This document shows, piece by piece, positions 1 through 30,104 of a stretch of DNA of 64,000 bases (position 1 is the first letter of the stretch; each line of letters starts with the position of its first letter). The DNA is taken from the NCBI RefSeq assembly GCF_009914755.1, contig NC_060931.1, one strand, 5' to 3'. The stretch comes from the human T2T-CHM13v2.0 reference genome, Homo sapiens. Under the pieces are notes generated by a model that worked only from the letters and a program-made list of their open reading frames with translations, had not been told where the DNA came from and searched no databases. A program made the translations under genes and the position numbers.

Positions 1-896
1 CCTCTTGTCCCTCCTTTTTTTTTTTTTTTTTTTAAGATGGAGTCTGGCTCTGTTGCCCAAGCTGGAGTGCCGTGGCACAATCTCAGCTCACTGCAACTTC
101 TGCCTCTCGGGTTCCAGTGATCCTCCTGCCTCAGCCTCCTAAATAGCTGCAACTACAGGCGTGCACCACCACAACCGGCTAATTTTTGTATTTTTAGTAG
201 AGACAGGGTTTTGCCATGTTGACCAGGCTGGTCTTGAACTCCTGACCTCGTGATCCACCTGCCTCGGCCTCCCAAAGTGCTGGGATTACAGGCGTGAGCC
301 ACCGCACCCAGACCCCTCTTGTCCATTCTTTTCATGGATGAGGAGGCTGAGGCCCAAGCTGGTCAGGGGGGTGCCAGGACTGGGGCTCCGACATTTTCTC
401 TCCCAGGGGATTCTCAGGATCCCTCTATGGGAACATGATCAGTGGCTTTAAGGGGCCAGGGGCTTTCCCTCCAGCCAGCCCTGGACTCACAGGCCTCAGA
501 GAACCTGGAGAAGCCAGCCTCGCATGGCTGGGATTTTCATCGGGAGAATCCCACTGGCCATGTACTGGGCTCTCTCCCAGTCCCTGAGATTGGGCTCTGG
601 GCTCAGCGCTGAGCAGGACCCAAGGAAGTGGCTTAAGTCTTTGTGGCCAGGCGGTGTCTGCTGTAGAAAGCAGTGTGGCATGTGGCCAGGTGGTACTGTG
701 GTCAGGGAGAGAGGTTGCCTGGGGCTGTCCAGGCTTCAGCCTGGGAAAGGGAGCACCCGGGGAACCAAGACAAGGTGCAGGGCTGGAGACAGCTTTGGGC
801 TCGGCTGTCGGGGAAGCATATTGGCAGGAGGGGCCTCCTAGATGTCTGGTCAGAGATGGCCAGGGGGCCAAGGACATATGAGAGGCAGCTGAGGGT

Positions 897-1202
897 TGCC
901 GGGCGAGCTGCCTCACGCCTGTAATCCCAGCAATTTGGGAGGCTGAGGCGGGCGGATCACCTGAGGTCGGGAGTTCGAGACCAGCCTGGCCAACATGGTG
1001 AAACCCCGTCTCTACCGAAATACAAAAATCAGCCGGGCATGGTGGCGGGTGCCTGTAATCCCAGCTATTCAGGAGGGTGAGGCACGAGAATCGCTTGAAC
1101 CCAGGAGGTGGAGGTTGCAATGAGTCAAGATCGCGCCACTGCACTCCAGCCTGGGTGACAGAGCCAGACTCTGTCTCAAAAACAAAAAAAAAAAAGAAAA
1201 AA
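897..1202 (+). mobile_element. AluS, full length
   Basis: Dimeric Alu with A-tail; 16-bp TSD GAGAGGCAGCTGAGGG at 880-895 and 1203-1218. Confidence 0.9.
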
Positions 1203-1636
1203 GAGAGGCAGCTGAGGGGAGGGACAAGGGTCATTAGTCCACATGGGAGCTGGCTGAGGCTGATGCCCAGGGATAGGGGAGCTGAGTGGGTGCAGGCCCA
1301 GGAAGTGAGCAATTGCCAGTGACACCGGGTGGAGGGACAGGTGGAGGAGGAGTTGTGAGCTCAGCTGCACAGGACATTACTCCAAATGGGGCTGAGGAGA
1401 AGGGGGACCCCCATACTCCCCACCTCCCAATGCTGAGGCATGTGGGTAGGGGGCTACCCAGGAGGGCTTCAGGGAAAAAGTGTTCTGAAGGAAGAGGCAG
1501 GAGGGTGGTGAAGGGGACATTTGGGGGCCACCCCTTCTCCAGCTGGCAAAATTGTCCTGTCCCCGCTGGGTGCGGTGGCTCATGCCTGTAATCCCAGCAC
1601 CTGGGGAGGCTGAAGCGGGAGGATCACTTGAGGTCA

Positions 1637-2334
<698 letters not shown>

Positions 2335-3052
2335 CTAGGTGCCTGTAGTGCCTGTAATCCCAGCACTTTGGGAGGCCAAGGTGGGAGGATCGCCTGAGCC
2401 CAGGAGTTCAGTGCTACAGTGAGCTATGAAGACGCCACCATACCCCAGCCTGGGCAACAGAGTGAGACCCCATCTCTAAAAAAGGAAAAAAAAAAAAAAA
2501 GAAAGAAACAAAAGAAAGAACAGGAAGGATCTAATTCCACTGGATCAGCATGAAAGCGGCGTGTGCCTATGTATGTCCATTTCGCTTTCTCTGTCCTGCT
2601 CTGACCCAGCAGATTGGCCTCCAGGGACTGCACCACTGAGACCCCACACTCTCTTGCTTCTCGTGAGGTGTGGCCAGTGGAGGCACTGGCATGAGATCAG
2701 GGGGCGGGAAGACAGAGCCCAGTTCCCTCTGGTGGCTTCATCCTTTCACTTACAGCCCCTGCTCCTGCGGGGCCCCTCACCCATGGCTACTGCCTGCTGA
2801 TCGGGAAACATCACTCCCTCCCTCCCATCAGCAATCAGATCCAGGAGTGCTTAGGCCCCATTACAGCCAAGTCCCAGGTCACCCTCTCTGGTCCATTCCC
2901 CTAATGCTGCCCACACCTTTGTAAACGCTCTCAATTGCCCTGTGAGACAGCGTACCATCTGTTTCCTGCCAGGGCCCGACGCATACAGGGTGTGGGCAAG
3001 GGTTTGTGAAATGCAGGGTCTTAGAGTTCACCCAGTTCACCTTCCCTTTTAA

Positions 3053-3235
<183 letters not shown>

Positions 3236-3297
3236 TGAGACAGTCTTGTTCTCTGTCACCCAGGCTGGAGTGCAGTGGCATGATCTGGGCTCACTGA

Positions 3298-3519
<222 letters not shown>

Positions 3520-5059
3520 TAACCACCATGCCCGGCCTTAATTTTTGTATTTATGTTTTGTAGAGATGGGGTGTTGCTATGTTGCCCAGGCTGGACTTGA
3601 ACTCTTGGTCTCAAGCAATCCTCCCACCTCGGCCTCCCAAAGCACTAGGATTAGAGGTGTGAGCCATCTGCACCTGGCCTAACCATTGCTTTTTATGTAA
3701 GGGGAAACTGAGGCCCAGAGAGTGTGAGTGATCTGTCTTGGGTCACTCAGCCCCAGGGTTGGGGCTCATAGCTGTTCTGAAAAGGTTCTGGAGAGGCCAG
3801 GGCTTATCTCACAGAGGTTGGCAGCCTGTCTGCCCCATCCCCTGCCTGCCTCTCCCAGCCTGGTAGCTTCAAGATCATTTGAGCATTTCCTCCACAGCAG
3901 GAGCCGGATGCATCTGCTCCACCTAATAACCCCATTAGGGCCATTTGCGCCTCTCAGGGGCAGGCGCCTGGGAACCCAGCCAGCGCCCTCCTCCCTGACC
4001 TCTTGCCCCAGAGGGCAGGGCCCCTCCACATGGCACAGGGTGTCTTCCGGTCTCCTCTCCATCCCTCACCCTCCCCTACCTGCCCATCAGCAACACATTG
4101 CTCCTCCTGCCTGGCACCCTTCCAAGGTCCACCTGGCCCAAGTGTCCTGCTCCTTCTTCAAAGCCACCCCTCCCCAAGATGCTGCCTCTGAAGCTCCAAC
4201 AGTCCATCTCCCTGACAGTTGTGTCCTCTCCTTCTCTCGTATGTGGTAGTATCACTGTCTTCCCCCTAAAGCAGTGGGCACCTTGAGGGCAGAACCTTGC
4301 CGCGGGCATCTCTGGCCCCTGGGGTCCGAGCACTGAGCGGGAATCCTGATGATAAGTGTTGCATGAGCTGGGCACAGTGGCTCACGCCTGTAATCCCAGC
4401 AGGAGGATCACTTGAGACCAGGAGTTCGAGACCAGCCTGAGCAACATAGTGAGACCCCGTCTCTAAAGAAATTTAAAAAATTAGCCAGACATAGTGCCAT
4501 GTACCTATAGTCCAAGCTACTTAGGAGGCTGAGGCGGGAGGATCGCTTGCACCCAGGAGTTTGAGGCTGCAATGAGCTATGATCACACCACTGTTCTTTC
4601 CAGCCTGGGCAAGAGTGAGATTCCATGTCTACAAAAAAATTAAAAGTTAGCCGGACGTGGTGTCATGTGCCTGTAGTCCCAGCTACTCTCAGGAGGCTGA
4701 GGTGGGAGGATCACCGGAGCCCAGGAATTAGAGACTGCAGTGAGCTATGATGGTGCCACTGCACTCCAGCCTGGGCTATAAGGTGAAACTCCATTTCAAA
4801 AAAAAAAAAAAAAAGAAACTGCGCCTTTTGCCTTTTGTGTACTCTAGGAAAGGACTGGAGGAAGTGGAGGCAGAGGGCTTGAAGTCCTCCAGCCAACAGG
4901 GGGCAGGCTGGGGAGAGGGGCCACAGGGAGGATGCTTGGGTGGAAAGATAGCAAGTGCCAGCCATGCTGCCCCGTGGCCTTTGGTTACCAGGAGGCTGTC
5001 TGGGCAGGACAAGAGGAGCACCTATCTCAGGTCCACAGTCCGCCAACAAGCCCAGCTAA

Positions 5060-5239
<180 letters not shown>

Positions 5240-5475
5240 TAGCCTTACTGTGGCCTTGTGGGTTCAGGGTTACCATCCTCATTTTACAGATAGGGACAGT
5301 AAGGCTGGCAGAGAGGCCTGTCCTGCCCCAGGTGACAATTTCTCTAGGATCCTGAGCCTTGCCCTGGTCCTACACGCCCTTGGGGACCTCCTCAGGAGGA
5401 GGAGCCAGGGGCAGTGGTGCAGAAAGACTACCCAGGTGTATGATGTCACGGACAGGCAGGGAGGTTTTGGGGGCA

Positions 5476-5481
5476 TTTATT
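5476..5481 (-). terminator. poly(A) signal AATAAA of UPK3BL
   Basis: TTTATT on + strand, about 480 nt past the UPK3BL stop. Confidence 0.65.
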
Positions 5482-5553
5482 TCTGATAGAGACTGGCACA
5501 AGCTTTGGGCTAAGGACACCCGCCCCCACCCTCATCTAGAAACAATCTCTCTC

Positions 5554-11173
<5,620 letters not shown>

Positions 11174-11507
11174 CTGTCTGTCCGTCCGTCTGCAGTGTCT
11201 GCAGCCCCAGAGGCTCCCCTGTCTGTAGTCTGTGCTGTGCTAGGGGAAGCTGTTCCTGGCATCTCCTGCTGCCCCTCCCAGCTACCCCCTCCTCTCAAAC
11301 AACTGGTTGGACAGGTTTGGGGGCAGAATCTGCCAGCCCAGTGAATCTGGCATCGCCAGGGAGGGGTCTGAAGAGAACATACAGTTGCAAGACAAGCCTG
11401 GACTACCCCCCCCACCCACCAGGAGCGCCTGACCAGGGAGGGGCTGAGGAAGGAGGCGGGGCAGCCTCAGGATCCAGGCTGCCCCAGGGACAATCCCGCT
11501 AAGTCTA

Positions 11508-11699
<192 letters not shown>

Positions 11700-12443
11700 T
11701 TAGTGTCTGTTTTTGGTTCATAGGGAGTGCCGGTCAAGCAAACTCCCTGGAGTCTCTTTTATTTATTATTATTATTTTTTTTTTTTTGGGGGGGCAGGGT
11801 CTCACTCTGTCACCCAGGCTGGAGTGCAGTGGTGCGATCATAGCTCACTGCGGCCTTGACCTCCCAGGCTCAAGGTTCTCAGATTCTCAGACCCCACCCT
11901 GGGGAAGGATGGAGGATGAGGACAAGCTTCCCAGGTCCACATGACAGAGGGACTCAGGATTGGCAATTTGGCCTGTGTCCAGCTTTGCTGCTCAGAGAGC
12001 TCAGATCCCCACCCTCAATTCACTCCCTTGTGTGGAAGGGAGTGACCCTCACTTTCTAGCACACACAGGGAAGAGGGCTTGGCTAAGAGCACCCAGGAGG
12101 TCAGGGCAGGACTGGGGATTAGATCACACCCAAATGCAAGCTCTGTGGCACTCCTGGTATAGCCCTGCTGTCCCCCTGTAGCCTGGCCCTGGGAGGGGGG
12201 CTCCCAGACTTCACACCCCCTCACCTCTTTATCCAGGGGACCGGCTGTCTCTTCCTCCTTCATCCCCAGCCTCTGTCAGGGCAGGGTAGTTCCTCCTCGA
12301 GACAGAAAATTACCAGATGGAAGTCCAGGCATGGTGGCTCACGCCTGTAATCCCAGCATTTTGAGAGGCTGAGGTGGGTGGATCACCTGAGGTCAGGAGT
12401 TCGAGACCAGCCTGGCCAACACGGCGAAACCCCATCTCTACTA

Positions 12444-12602
<159 letters not shown>

Positions 12603-12856
12603 TCAAAAAAAAAAAAAAAAAAAAAAAAGATGAGATGGGGCTCAGGGCAGGTGGAGCGAGACCTGTGACCACCTCTCCCCTGGATCGGGGTACTAGCCCC
12701 CGTCAGCCTGACCTTCACGCTCTAATTATGCCAGATGTCTTCATTCTGGGAAACCCAACAGATTATCACCTGTGGGCCCCATTTTTGGATGAAGAGGGGC
12801 CATTCCCTGAAAGGGACATACCTCAGTTCCCCGAGGGGATTCAGATGTTCACCTCA

Positions 12857-13485
<629 letters not shown>

Positions 13486-13488
13486 TGA

Positions 13489-13692
<204 letters not shown>

Positions 13693-14225
13693 TGACCTCA
13701 TGTGATCTGCCTGCCTCGGCCTCCCAAAGTGCTGAAATTACAGGTGTGAGCCACTGTGTCCGGCTGCCCAGCTAATTTTTTAACTTTTTGTAGAAAGAGA
13801 GTCTTACTGTGTTGCCCAGGCTGGTCTCAAATTCCTGGGCTCAAGTGATCCTCCCACCTCAGCCTCCTGAAGTTCTGGGATTCCAGGTGTGAGCCACCAT
13901 GTCCGGCCTGTATAATACAATTTTTCCCTCTCTCACTCCCTTTCAAAAGGCAGTTGAAAGCAGACATCAGAATGTGGGAAGGGCTTGTTTCCCCTTTTTG
14001 AAAATACGTTCTTGCTCATCGACTCATCCTCTCCTTGGGTCCCCAGAGATGGGCAGGGCAGGTGTTATGACTAATCTCATTATACGGATGAGAAGAAACC
14101 TGGGGCCCGGCAGGGAAAGAAACTTCCTGCAGTCCCAGGGCAGGTCAGCGGCAGGGCTGGGACCCAACCCCAGGTCTCCTGTACCCAGGCACGACTCCCT
14201 CTTTGCCTTTTTTTTTAAAATTTAA

Positions 14226-14627
<402 letters not shown>

Positions 14628-14649
14628 TGATCCCGCCTCAGCCTCCTGA

Positions 14650-14823
<174 letters not shown>

Positions 14824-15349
14824 TGAATGGATTTTAAAAACCCACCTAGGCTGGGCGTGGTGGTGCATGTTTGTAGTTCCAGTACTTTGAGAGGCTGAGG
14901 CCGGAGGATCATATGAGGCCAGGAGTTTAAGGTTGCAGTGAACCATGATCATACCACTGCACTCCAGCCTAGGCGACGGAGTGAGACCCTGTCTCTAAAC
15001 TAATAATAATTTTTGAAAGTGTTAAAATCCACCTAGAATTTATTTTTGGTGTGATGTGTGATTCAAATTATTTTTTTCTCAAGTTAGCCCGTTATTCAAA
15101 CACTAAAATATTGAAAAATGCATCCTAAGCCGGGTGCAGTGGCTCACACCAGCACTTTGGGAGGCCAACGCAGGCGGATCACCTGAGGTTGGGAGTTCAA
15201 GACCAGCCTGACCAACATGGAGAATAATAATAAGCCGAGATCGCACCATTGTACTCCAGCCTGGGCAGCGAGAGTGAAACTCCATCTCAAAAAGAAAGAG
15301 AGAAAGAGAGAGAGAGAGAGAGATAAAGGAAGGGAGGAAAGAAAAACAA

Positions 15350-15357
15350 AGAAAGGA

Positions 15358-15403
<46 letters not shown>
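15350..15403. repeat. (GAAA)n microsatellite
   Basis: Direct inspection; derived from an Alu tail. Confidence 0.9.
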
Positions 15404-15406
<3 letters not shown>

Positions 15407-15460
15407 GTATCCTTTCCCTATTTGAACTGAAATGCCTTTTTTTTTTTTTTTTTTTTTTGA

Positions 15461-15589
<129 letters not shown>

Positions 15590-16779
15590 TAATTTTTGTT
15601 TTTTTAGTACAGATGAGTTTTCACCATGTTGGCCAGGCTGGTCTCAAAGTCCTGACCTCATATGATCTGCCCACCTCGGCCTCCCAAGGTGCTGGGGTGA
15701 CAGGCATGAGCCACCACGCCTGGCCTGAAATGCCGTTTTTATCATACGCTGCAGACTAATGCATCCTCAGTGTCACCTCCCAGCTTGATGTGGGACAAGC
15801 CACCAAGGGTGTCCTCACCATGGCCCCGCTCAGGCCACCAGTTGGCTATGTTTGCCCCTGCCACCCCAGGCACACAGGAGTTCAGGAGTCCTCTCTGGCC
15901 TTGCCTTTATCCTGGGGCAGCTGCAGGTGACAACCTCTGGAAGAGGTGGTAAGAGGAGCCAGGACACAGGCCAGTCTGAGGGACACACTCCTCCCACAGT
16001 CCTGGAGAGGGGCCTGCATGTTTCTGCACCTGGAGGGCCGGGCCAGGGTGGGGAAGACTGGGGATGGGGGGGGAGGCTGGACCCTGCAGGTTCTTGGACC
16101 TGTGGTCAACCGGGAAGCCAAGTCCCTGATCTGCAGTGAGGCTGCGGCTGCCAGCCCCTTGAATAGGCACAGTAAGCACCTCCCAGCAATGCCACTGTGC
16201 AGAAGAGATGCCAACAGTGACAAGGGGGGCCAGGATGGTCCCCAAACCAGACACCCCATCTTCACCCTCTGCCATTTTCCTTCTCCAGGTCAGCCCTGGG
16301 GCCCTGGCACAAGCTCAGGAGGGGAGAGAGGCCATGCAAAGTGATCACACTGGACCCTCTGCCCTGAGAGCCTGGGCACTGGGAACCAGATGTACTGTGA
16401 TTTAGAAGAATGCGGCCGGGTGCGGTGGCTCACAGCTGTAATCCCAGCACTTTGGGAGGTTGAGGCAAGAGGATCGCTTGAGCTCAGGAGTTCGAGACCA
16501 GCCTAGGCAATATGGTTAGACCCATCTCTACTAAAAATACAAAAAATTAGCTGCGCATGGTGGTGCACGCCTGTAGTCCCAGTTACTCATGAGGCTGAGG
16601 GTTGAGGCATGAGAATTGCTTGAGCTCAGGGTGGTTGGGGGAGGTTGGGGGGATGGAGGGTAGAACTGAGCTGGGATAGTGCACCACTGCATCCAGTCTG
16701 GGTGACAGAGTGAGACCCTGTCTCAAAAAAAAAAAAAAATGCATCTTATACCTTGAGGGTCATGGAGTCTTTCACGCCT

Positions 16780-16781
<2 letters not shown>

Positions 16782-16817
<36 letters not shown>
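16782..16817. repeat. (GT)n microsatellite
   Basis: Direct inspection. Confidence 0.9.
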
Positions 16818-16818
<1 letters not shown>

Positions 16819-16941
16819 CAGGTCAACTTCTGGAATTTCTGTTTCATTTCTTGGATCAATCTGTCTGTTCAGGTGTCAGTACTAGACTATTTTAATCCCT
16901 GTATGTATGTATGCATGTATGTATGTATGTATTTATTTTGA

Positions 16942-17058
<117 letters not shown>

Positions 17059-17527
17059 TAGGATTACAGGTGCCCACCACCACGCCTGGTTAATTTTTGT
17101 GTTTTTAGTAGAGATGGGGTTTCACCATTTTGGCCAGGCTGGTTGAGAACTCCTGACCTCAAGTCATCCGCCCGTCTCTGCCTCCCAAAGTGCTGGGATT
17201 ACAGGCGTGAGCCACTGCACCCAGCCAATCGCTGTATTTTTATAATCTGCTTTGTTCTGTAAATGATCCCTCTCGAGTGTAACTCACTAGTGGGCTGTGT
17301 CCTTCTTTGGTGAATGTCTCTTTTTCCCATTAAACTGTAACTCTCTGAGGGCGGGGACTGGATCTGTTTATCTGTTTAGTTCTCCCACTGAATCCTCACT
17401 GTTAACCTAGGGGTCTGGCACAATAATTGTGCAGCCTCGAACTCCTAGGCTCAAGTCATCCTCCTACCTCAGCTTCCTTAGTACCTGGGATTACAGGCAC
17501 ATGTCACCATGCCCATCTAATTTTTAA

Positions 17528-17671
<144 letters not shown>

Positions 17672-18034
17672 TAGGATTACAGGTGCCCACCACCATGCCC
17701 GGCTAATTTTTGTATTTTTAGTAGAGATGGGGTTTCACCATGTTGGCCAGGCTGGTCTCAAACTCCTGACCTCAAATGATCCATCCCCCTCAGCCTCCCA
17801 AAGTGCTGGGATTACAGGCATGAGCCACTGCGCCCAGCCAAGTTTTAAATTTTTTCTGGAGATGGGGTGCTCGCTATGTTGCCCAGGCTGGTCTCAAACT
17901 CTAGGCCTCAAGTCCTCCTGCCCCGACCTCCCAAAGTGCTGAGATTACAGGCATGAGCCACTGTGCTCAGCCCCAACAATTATTTTTGACAGATAATAGG
18001 GATGTCTCCTTGCTCTCTGTGTCTGGCCAAGTAG

Positions 18035-18286
<252 letters not shown>

Positions 18287-18578
18287 TGATCCACCCGCCT
18301 TGGCCTCCTAAAGTGCTGGGATTACAGGTGTGAACCACCATGCCCGGCCGTGACACTCGTTTTATAGCATCAGGCTGGTGACCAGAATGTCATGGCTTCT
18401 GGGCAGAGGCCAGCTTCCATGCCGTGTCCTGTCTTCCTAGTGCAGATGTCCCCAGCTGCAGTGAGTACCAGTGTGAGGGAATGGGCTCCAGACTCCCAGA
18501 GGGGCCACAGGGATGGCCACGCCAAGCTCTGGGGAGTAGCCGATTCCCCAGCACCTGCCTGCCCATGCACCTTTGGGG

Positions 18579-18822
18579 TGACTCATGAGACAGGGTGGGG
18601 CTCCCACCTCCCCTCTCCCAAAAGGCAATCAGCTATAAAGGCTCTCAGAGGCCCACCCAGCCCCAGGTCATCAAACAAGCCCCAGTTCCATGGCAACCAT
18701 TATACCCATTCATCAAGGAGATGAAGAAGGAGGTGCTTCCTGGTTCACCCCACCCTCAGCAGAGACAGACCCCAGATCTGGGCCCAGGACTTTGTGCAGG
18801 GAGGGGAAATGCAGGTGACTCA
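18579..18822 (+). promoter_or_regulatory. Candidate SPDYE2 promoter and non-coding exon 1
   Basis: TATAAAG at 18634-18640; AP-1 TGACTCA at 18579-18585 and 18816-18822; possible donor CAG|GTGACT at 18814/18815. Confidence 0.35.
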
Positions 18823-19335
18823 GCCCCTATTCCTCCATCAAACCAGCCTTGAAGATGGGTTAAATCAGAGCTTTTCATTCCACAAAAGAGAAATTTTAAT
18901 GGGGTCAGAACATTGATCTTCTAATATTTGAAAGCCTGTTAACTAGGAGAGAGAGAGCAAACTATTTTGTTGTAGGAGGACCCACCCAGCTCTGACGGTT
19001 TAAAGCGTCATGAATGCGAATTTGAACTCCAGAAAAGCAGAGCTTCCTAACAATGGGACTTCCACAGCAATGGGATCTGCTTCCTCTTTCAGTTTGTGCC
19101 TTTTCTATGAGCGAGAGACTCCTAGGAAAGCAGCAGCCCATTAGGAAAACGTGTGGGAACTCACTCGCAGGTTCTTTATTTTTTTTGAGATGGAGTTTTG
19201 CTCTTGTTGCCCAGGCTGGAGCACAATGGTGCCATCTTGGCTCCCTGCAACCTGCGCACCATGAGTTCAAGTGATTCTCCAGCGCCCTCTCCTGAGTAGC
19301 TGCGATTACAGGCATCCACCACCATGCCTGGCTAA

Positions 19336-19458
<123 letters not shown>

Positions 19459-20229
19459 TGAGCCCAGCCGGGAACCCACAGGTTTTTTGGATGGTCTCTG
19501 AATGTCATGTAACTCTTTTATTTTTTATCAAAAAAAATTTTTTTGACACAATATCTTGCTGTGTTGCCCAGACTGGAGTGCAGTGGCAAGATCACGGCTC
19601 ACTGCAGCTTCTAACTCCTGGGCTCAAGTGATCTTCCTGTCACATGAGTCTCCCAAGTAGTTGGAACACAGGTGCCAGCCACCACACCTGGCTAATTTGG
19701 TTTGGTTTTGTTTTTTTAGAGATGGGCTCTTGCTATGTTGCCTATACTGGTCTCGAACTGCTGGCCTCAGGCAATCTTCCTCCCTTGGCCACCCAAAGTG
19801 CTGGGATTACAAGCATGAGCCACTGTGCACAGCTGAAATTTTTTGACTTAGTCTTTTTGTACATGTGATATTTTATTCATAGAATCCATAAATGGAAGGG
19901 AAATTTCTGAGTTCAGAGCAATACATATGATACAAAACTTGATATATAGACTAGAGTTTCTTAGCCGAACTGGAGGGGCTGGCTTAGGTAATCCATGGAT
20001 TCCCTGAAACTGGGGACACCATTGGAAATATGTGTGAGCTCAGGGGCAGTTTCCTATGATTTTTAGGCCTCAAAATGTCTCTTGGACTCAAAATTGCCTT
20101 AGGGCAGAGGACGTGTGTACCCCCAGTATAGAATCTCGGACAGTGAATGTGAGTAAACATTCGGCAGAAAAGCTCTGCCAAACTGAGTGCTCTGATGTGA
20201 CTTTTTCATCAAGTCAGTATTCCTGGGAT

Positions 20230-20298
20230 CTCTTGTACGTGATAATCTCACTCTTGTACATGATAATCTCACTCTTGTACATGATACTCTCACTCTTA
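20230..20298. repeat. 21-bp tandem repeat, about 3 copies (TGATAATCTCACTCTTGTACA)
   Basis: Direct inspection. Confidence 0.85.
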
Positions 20299-20781
20299 TA
20301 AGGTTTCATCGTTTCTGCTTACCCTAGTTTTCTTTCCCACTCTGTTCCCTCTCCCACCAGACTGGACTCTGAAATGGGCATGTACAGAGACGAAGAGACC
20401 CCAACATGCTTCAGGCTTTGAGTGGAGAGGACACAGCCTCTGCTGGGACAGGGAATAGAGGGATGTGGAGTCCCTGAAGATGCTTTTGGACAATGGTCTG
20501 AGGTTGGGACAGTGGCAGGAGATACCATTCACCCAGGATCTCCAGGACAAGAGATCAGCCTGGCAGTTACATGTGTTTTTTTTCAAACTGGTTGCCAGGT
20601 TGGCATGAACGATGACATCAGAGATTCCGACCTTCCTGATTGGAGGGACCGGACTCCGTGGTGCCTGGAGATCAGTTGGACAACAGTATCTTCTCAGAGC
20701 TGTTCTCTACTCCTGACTTCTCCTAGGCTTGAGAATTGATAACATACTCTTCTGGATCCTAGAAGTGTCCAGAAGAAGGCC

Positions 20782-28695
<7,914 letters not shown>

Positions 28696-29575
28696 AGCTC
28701 CAGGGACCGGGGAGGCCTGAGGTCATCGGCCTGAGAGAAGGTACATCTGCATCCTCTGGGGTAAAGGCAGAATATTGGGGTCTATTTCAGAAATCCGAAG
28801 AACCCAATTGCTTGATCTGGCTTCAAGCCTGGGCAACGTGGCGAGATCCCCTCTCCACAAAAATACAAAAATTAGCCAGGCGATGTGGGACGCATCTCTA
28901 CTCCCAACTACTCAGGAGGCTGAGGCGGGAGGATCGCTGGAGCCTGGAAGGTCGGGGCCGCACGGAGCCCTGATCCTGCCACTGCACTCCAGTCTGGGCG
29001 ACAGAGTGAGACCCTGCCTCAAAAATAATCATAAAAACTGAGTTTGGGGAGGTTCATTATGATTGACGCACTTGAGTTACTGATTTGGGTCGAGGGTTCA
29101 GTGAAGCTTTGGTTTACATCTTGTGCAGCTAACCACGTTGAGCACAGAGCATGAGACTTCATCATGAGGAGGTAGGATTAAGGATTAGGCTTCTGGACTC
29201 GTGGTTCGTGATGTTGTCACATTAGAAACACATCTAGCATGGTTACAAGTTTAGATCTTAAGTGACACAAAAGGCCCCAGCTGTGATAAAGTCCAAAGCC
29301 ACATTCTCTGAGGGTGCCCTACTCCCTGGGCAGACCCACCCAAAGTCCTTGCTATGAAGCAGATCACTGGGGCTGACCTTGGGTGTATTAAGTGAGTTTT
29401 GGAGTCGTGGTCACCAAAGTGTGAGTTTCACAGTTGAACACGATGGTTCAGAAGCAGGGTATAGAATGAAAGGCAGCAGATAAAATTGCATTTCTCAATT
29501 GACATGGGACGTGAATAACTTTCCTGTCTAGAGAGCTGCCTCCTTGAAGTGTGACATTGTCTCTCTCGCTTCCAG

Positions 29576-29680
29576 AACACCGGATCCAGGGGAGATGTGG
29601 ATTTTCAGCAGGAACTTTATTCCAATGCTAATGGCAGACACCAGGCAGGAGGAGAGGAACCATTTGTGCAGATCATCTAG
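29576..29680 (+). CDS. SPDYE2: SPDYE terminal exon start: 3'UTR in the main isoform, or alternative C-terminus NTGSRGDVDFQQELYSNANGRHQAGGEEPFVQII* if exon 7 is skipped
   Basis: Pyrimidine tract plus TTCCAG|AAC; phase 0 matches donor 28513; resembles the SPDYE1-type C-terminus (recalled). Confidence 0.6.
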   Translation, partial: NTGSRGDVDFQQELYSNANGRHQAGGEEPFVQII

Positions 29681-30104
29681 AAGAACCTGGACCATTCTTG
29701 ATGGAGCTGAATACAGTGATCACGTTGTCCTCCTAGGAGCAGGGGTGGGGGGAGGGGGGTGGGGTCCTTCTAGGAGTCCTTGGAGAAAAGTAAGAAACCA
29801 GGAGCGTTTCCAGTTCCACCCTTTCCTGCGGCACCACCACCCTTTTTATATTGCTGAATTCCAACCTCCCTGGGGCGGAACCTGGAGGTCCTGTTTCTTA
29901 CGGACTTGCAGTCCAGGAGGATTTGAAGGCACAATGCAGGGGCTCAGATTGGGACAGAATTCTTTTGTGAAATATCAGTGCCACAGATTGTAACAGATAG
30001 CTTCATGCACACTCTGCATTTTATTGGTTTGTATGGAAAATGTCGGCCATTGAATTATTCATAGATTTATTTCAAATAGTTTGGAAATTGTTGTACTTTT
30101 GAAA

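Noticed and set aside
425-1312. Longest ORF in the track (295 aa, -)
   Set aside because: Runs through an antisense Alu (FFFFETES...VQWRDL...) into GC-rich chance sequence; no family resemblance.
15882-16344. Cluster of overlapping ORFs in a unique GC-rich island
   Set aside because: No homology recognised and no convincing splice-site pair fixed; open frames are expected at this GC content.
18392-18724. ORF starting MASGQ, like a recalled SPDYE4 N-terminus
   Set aside because: Similarity stops after five residues; coincidence.
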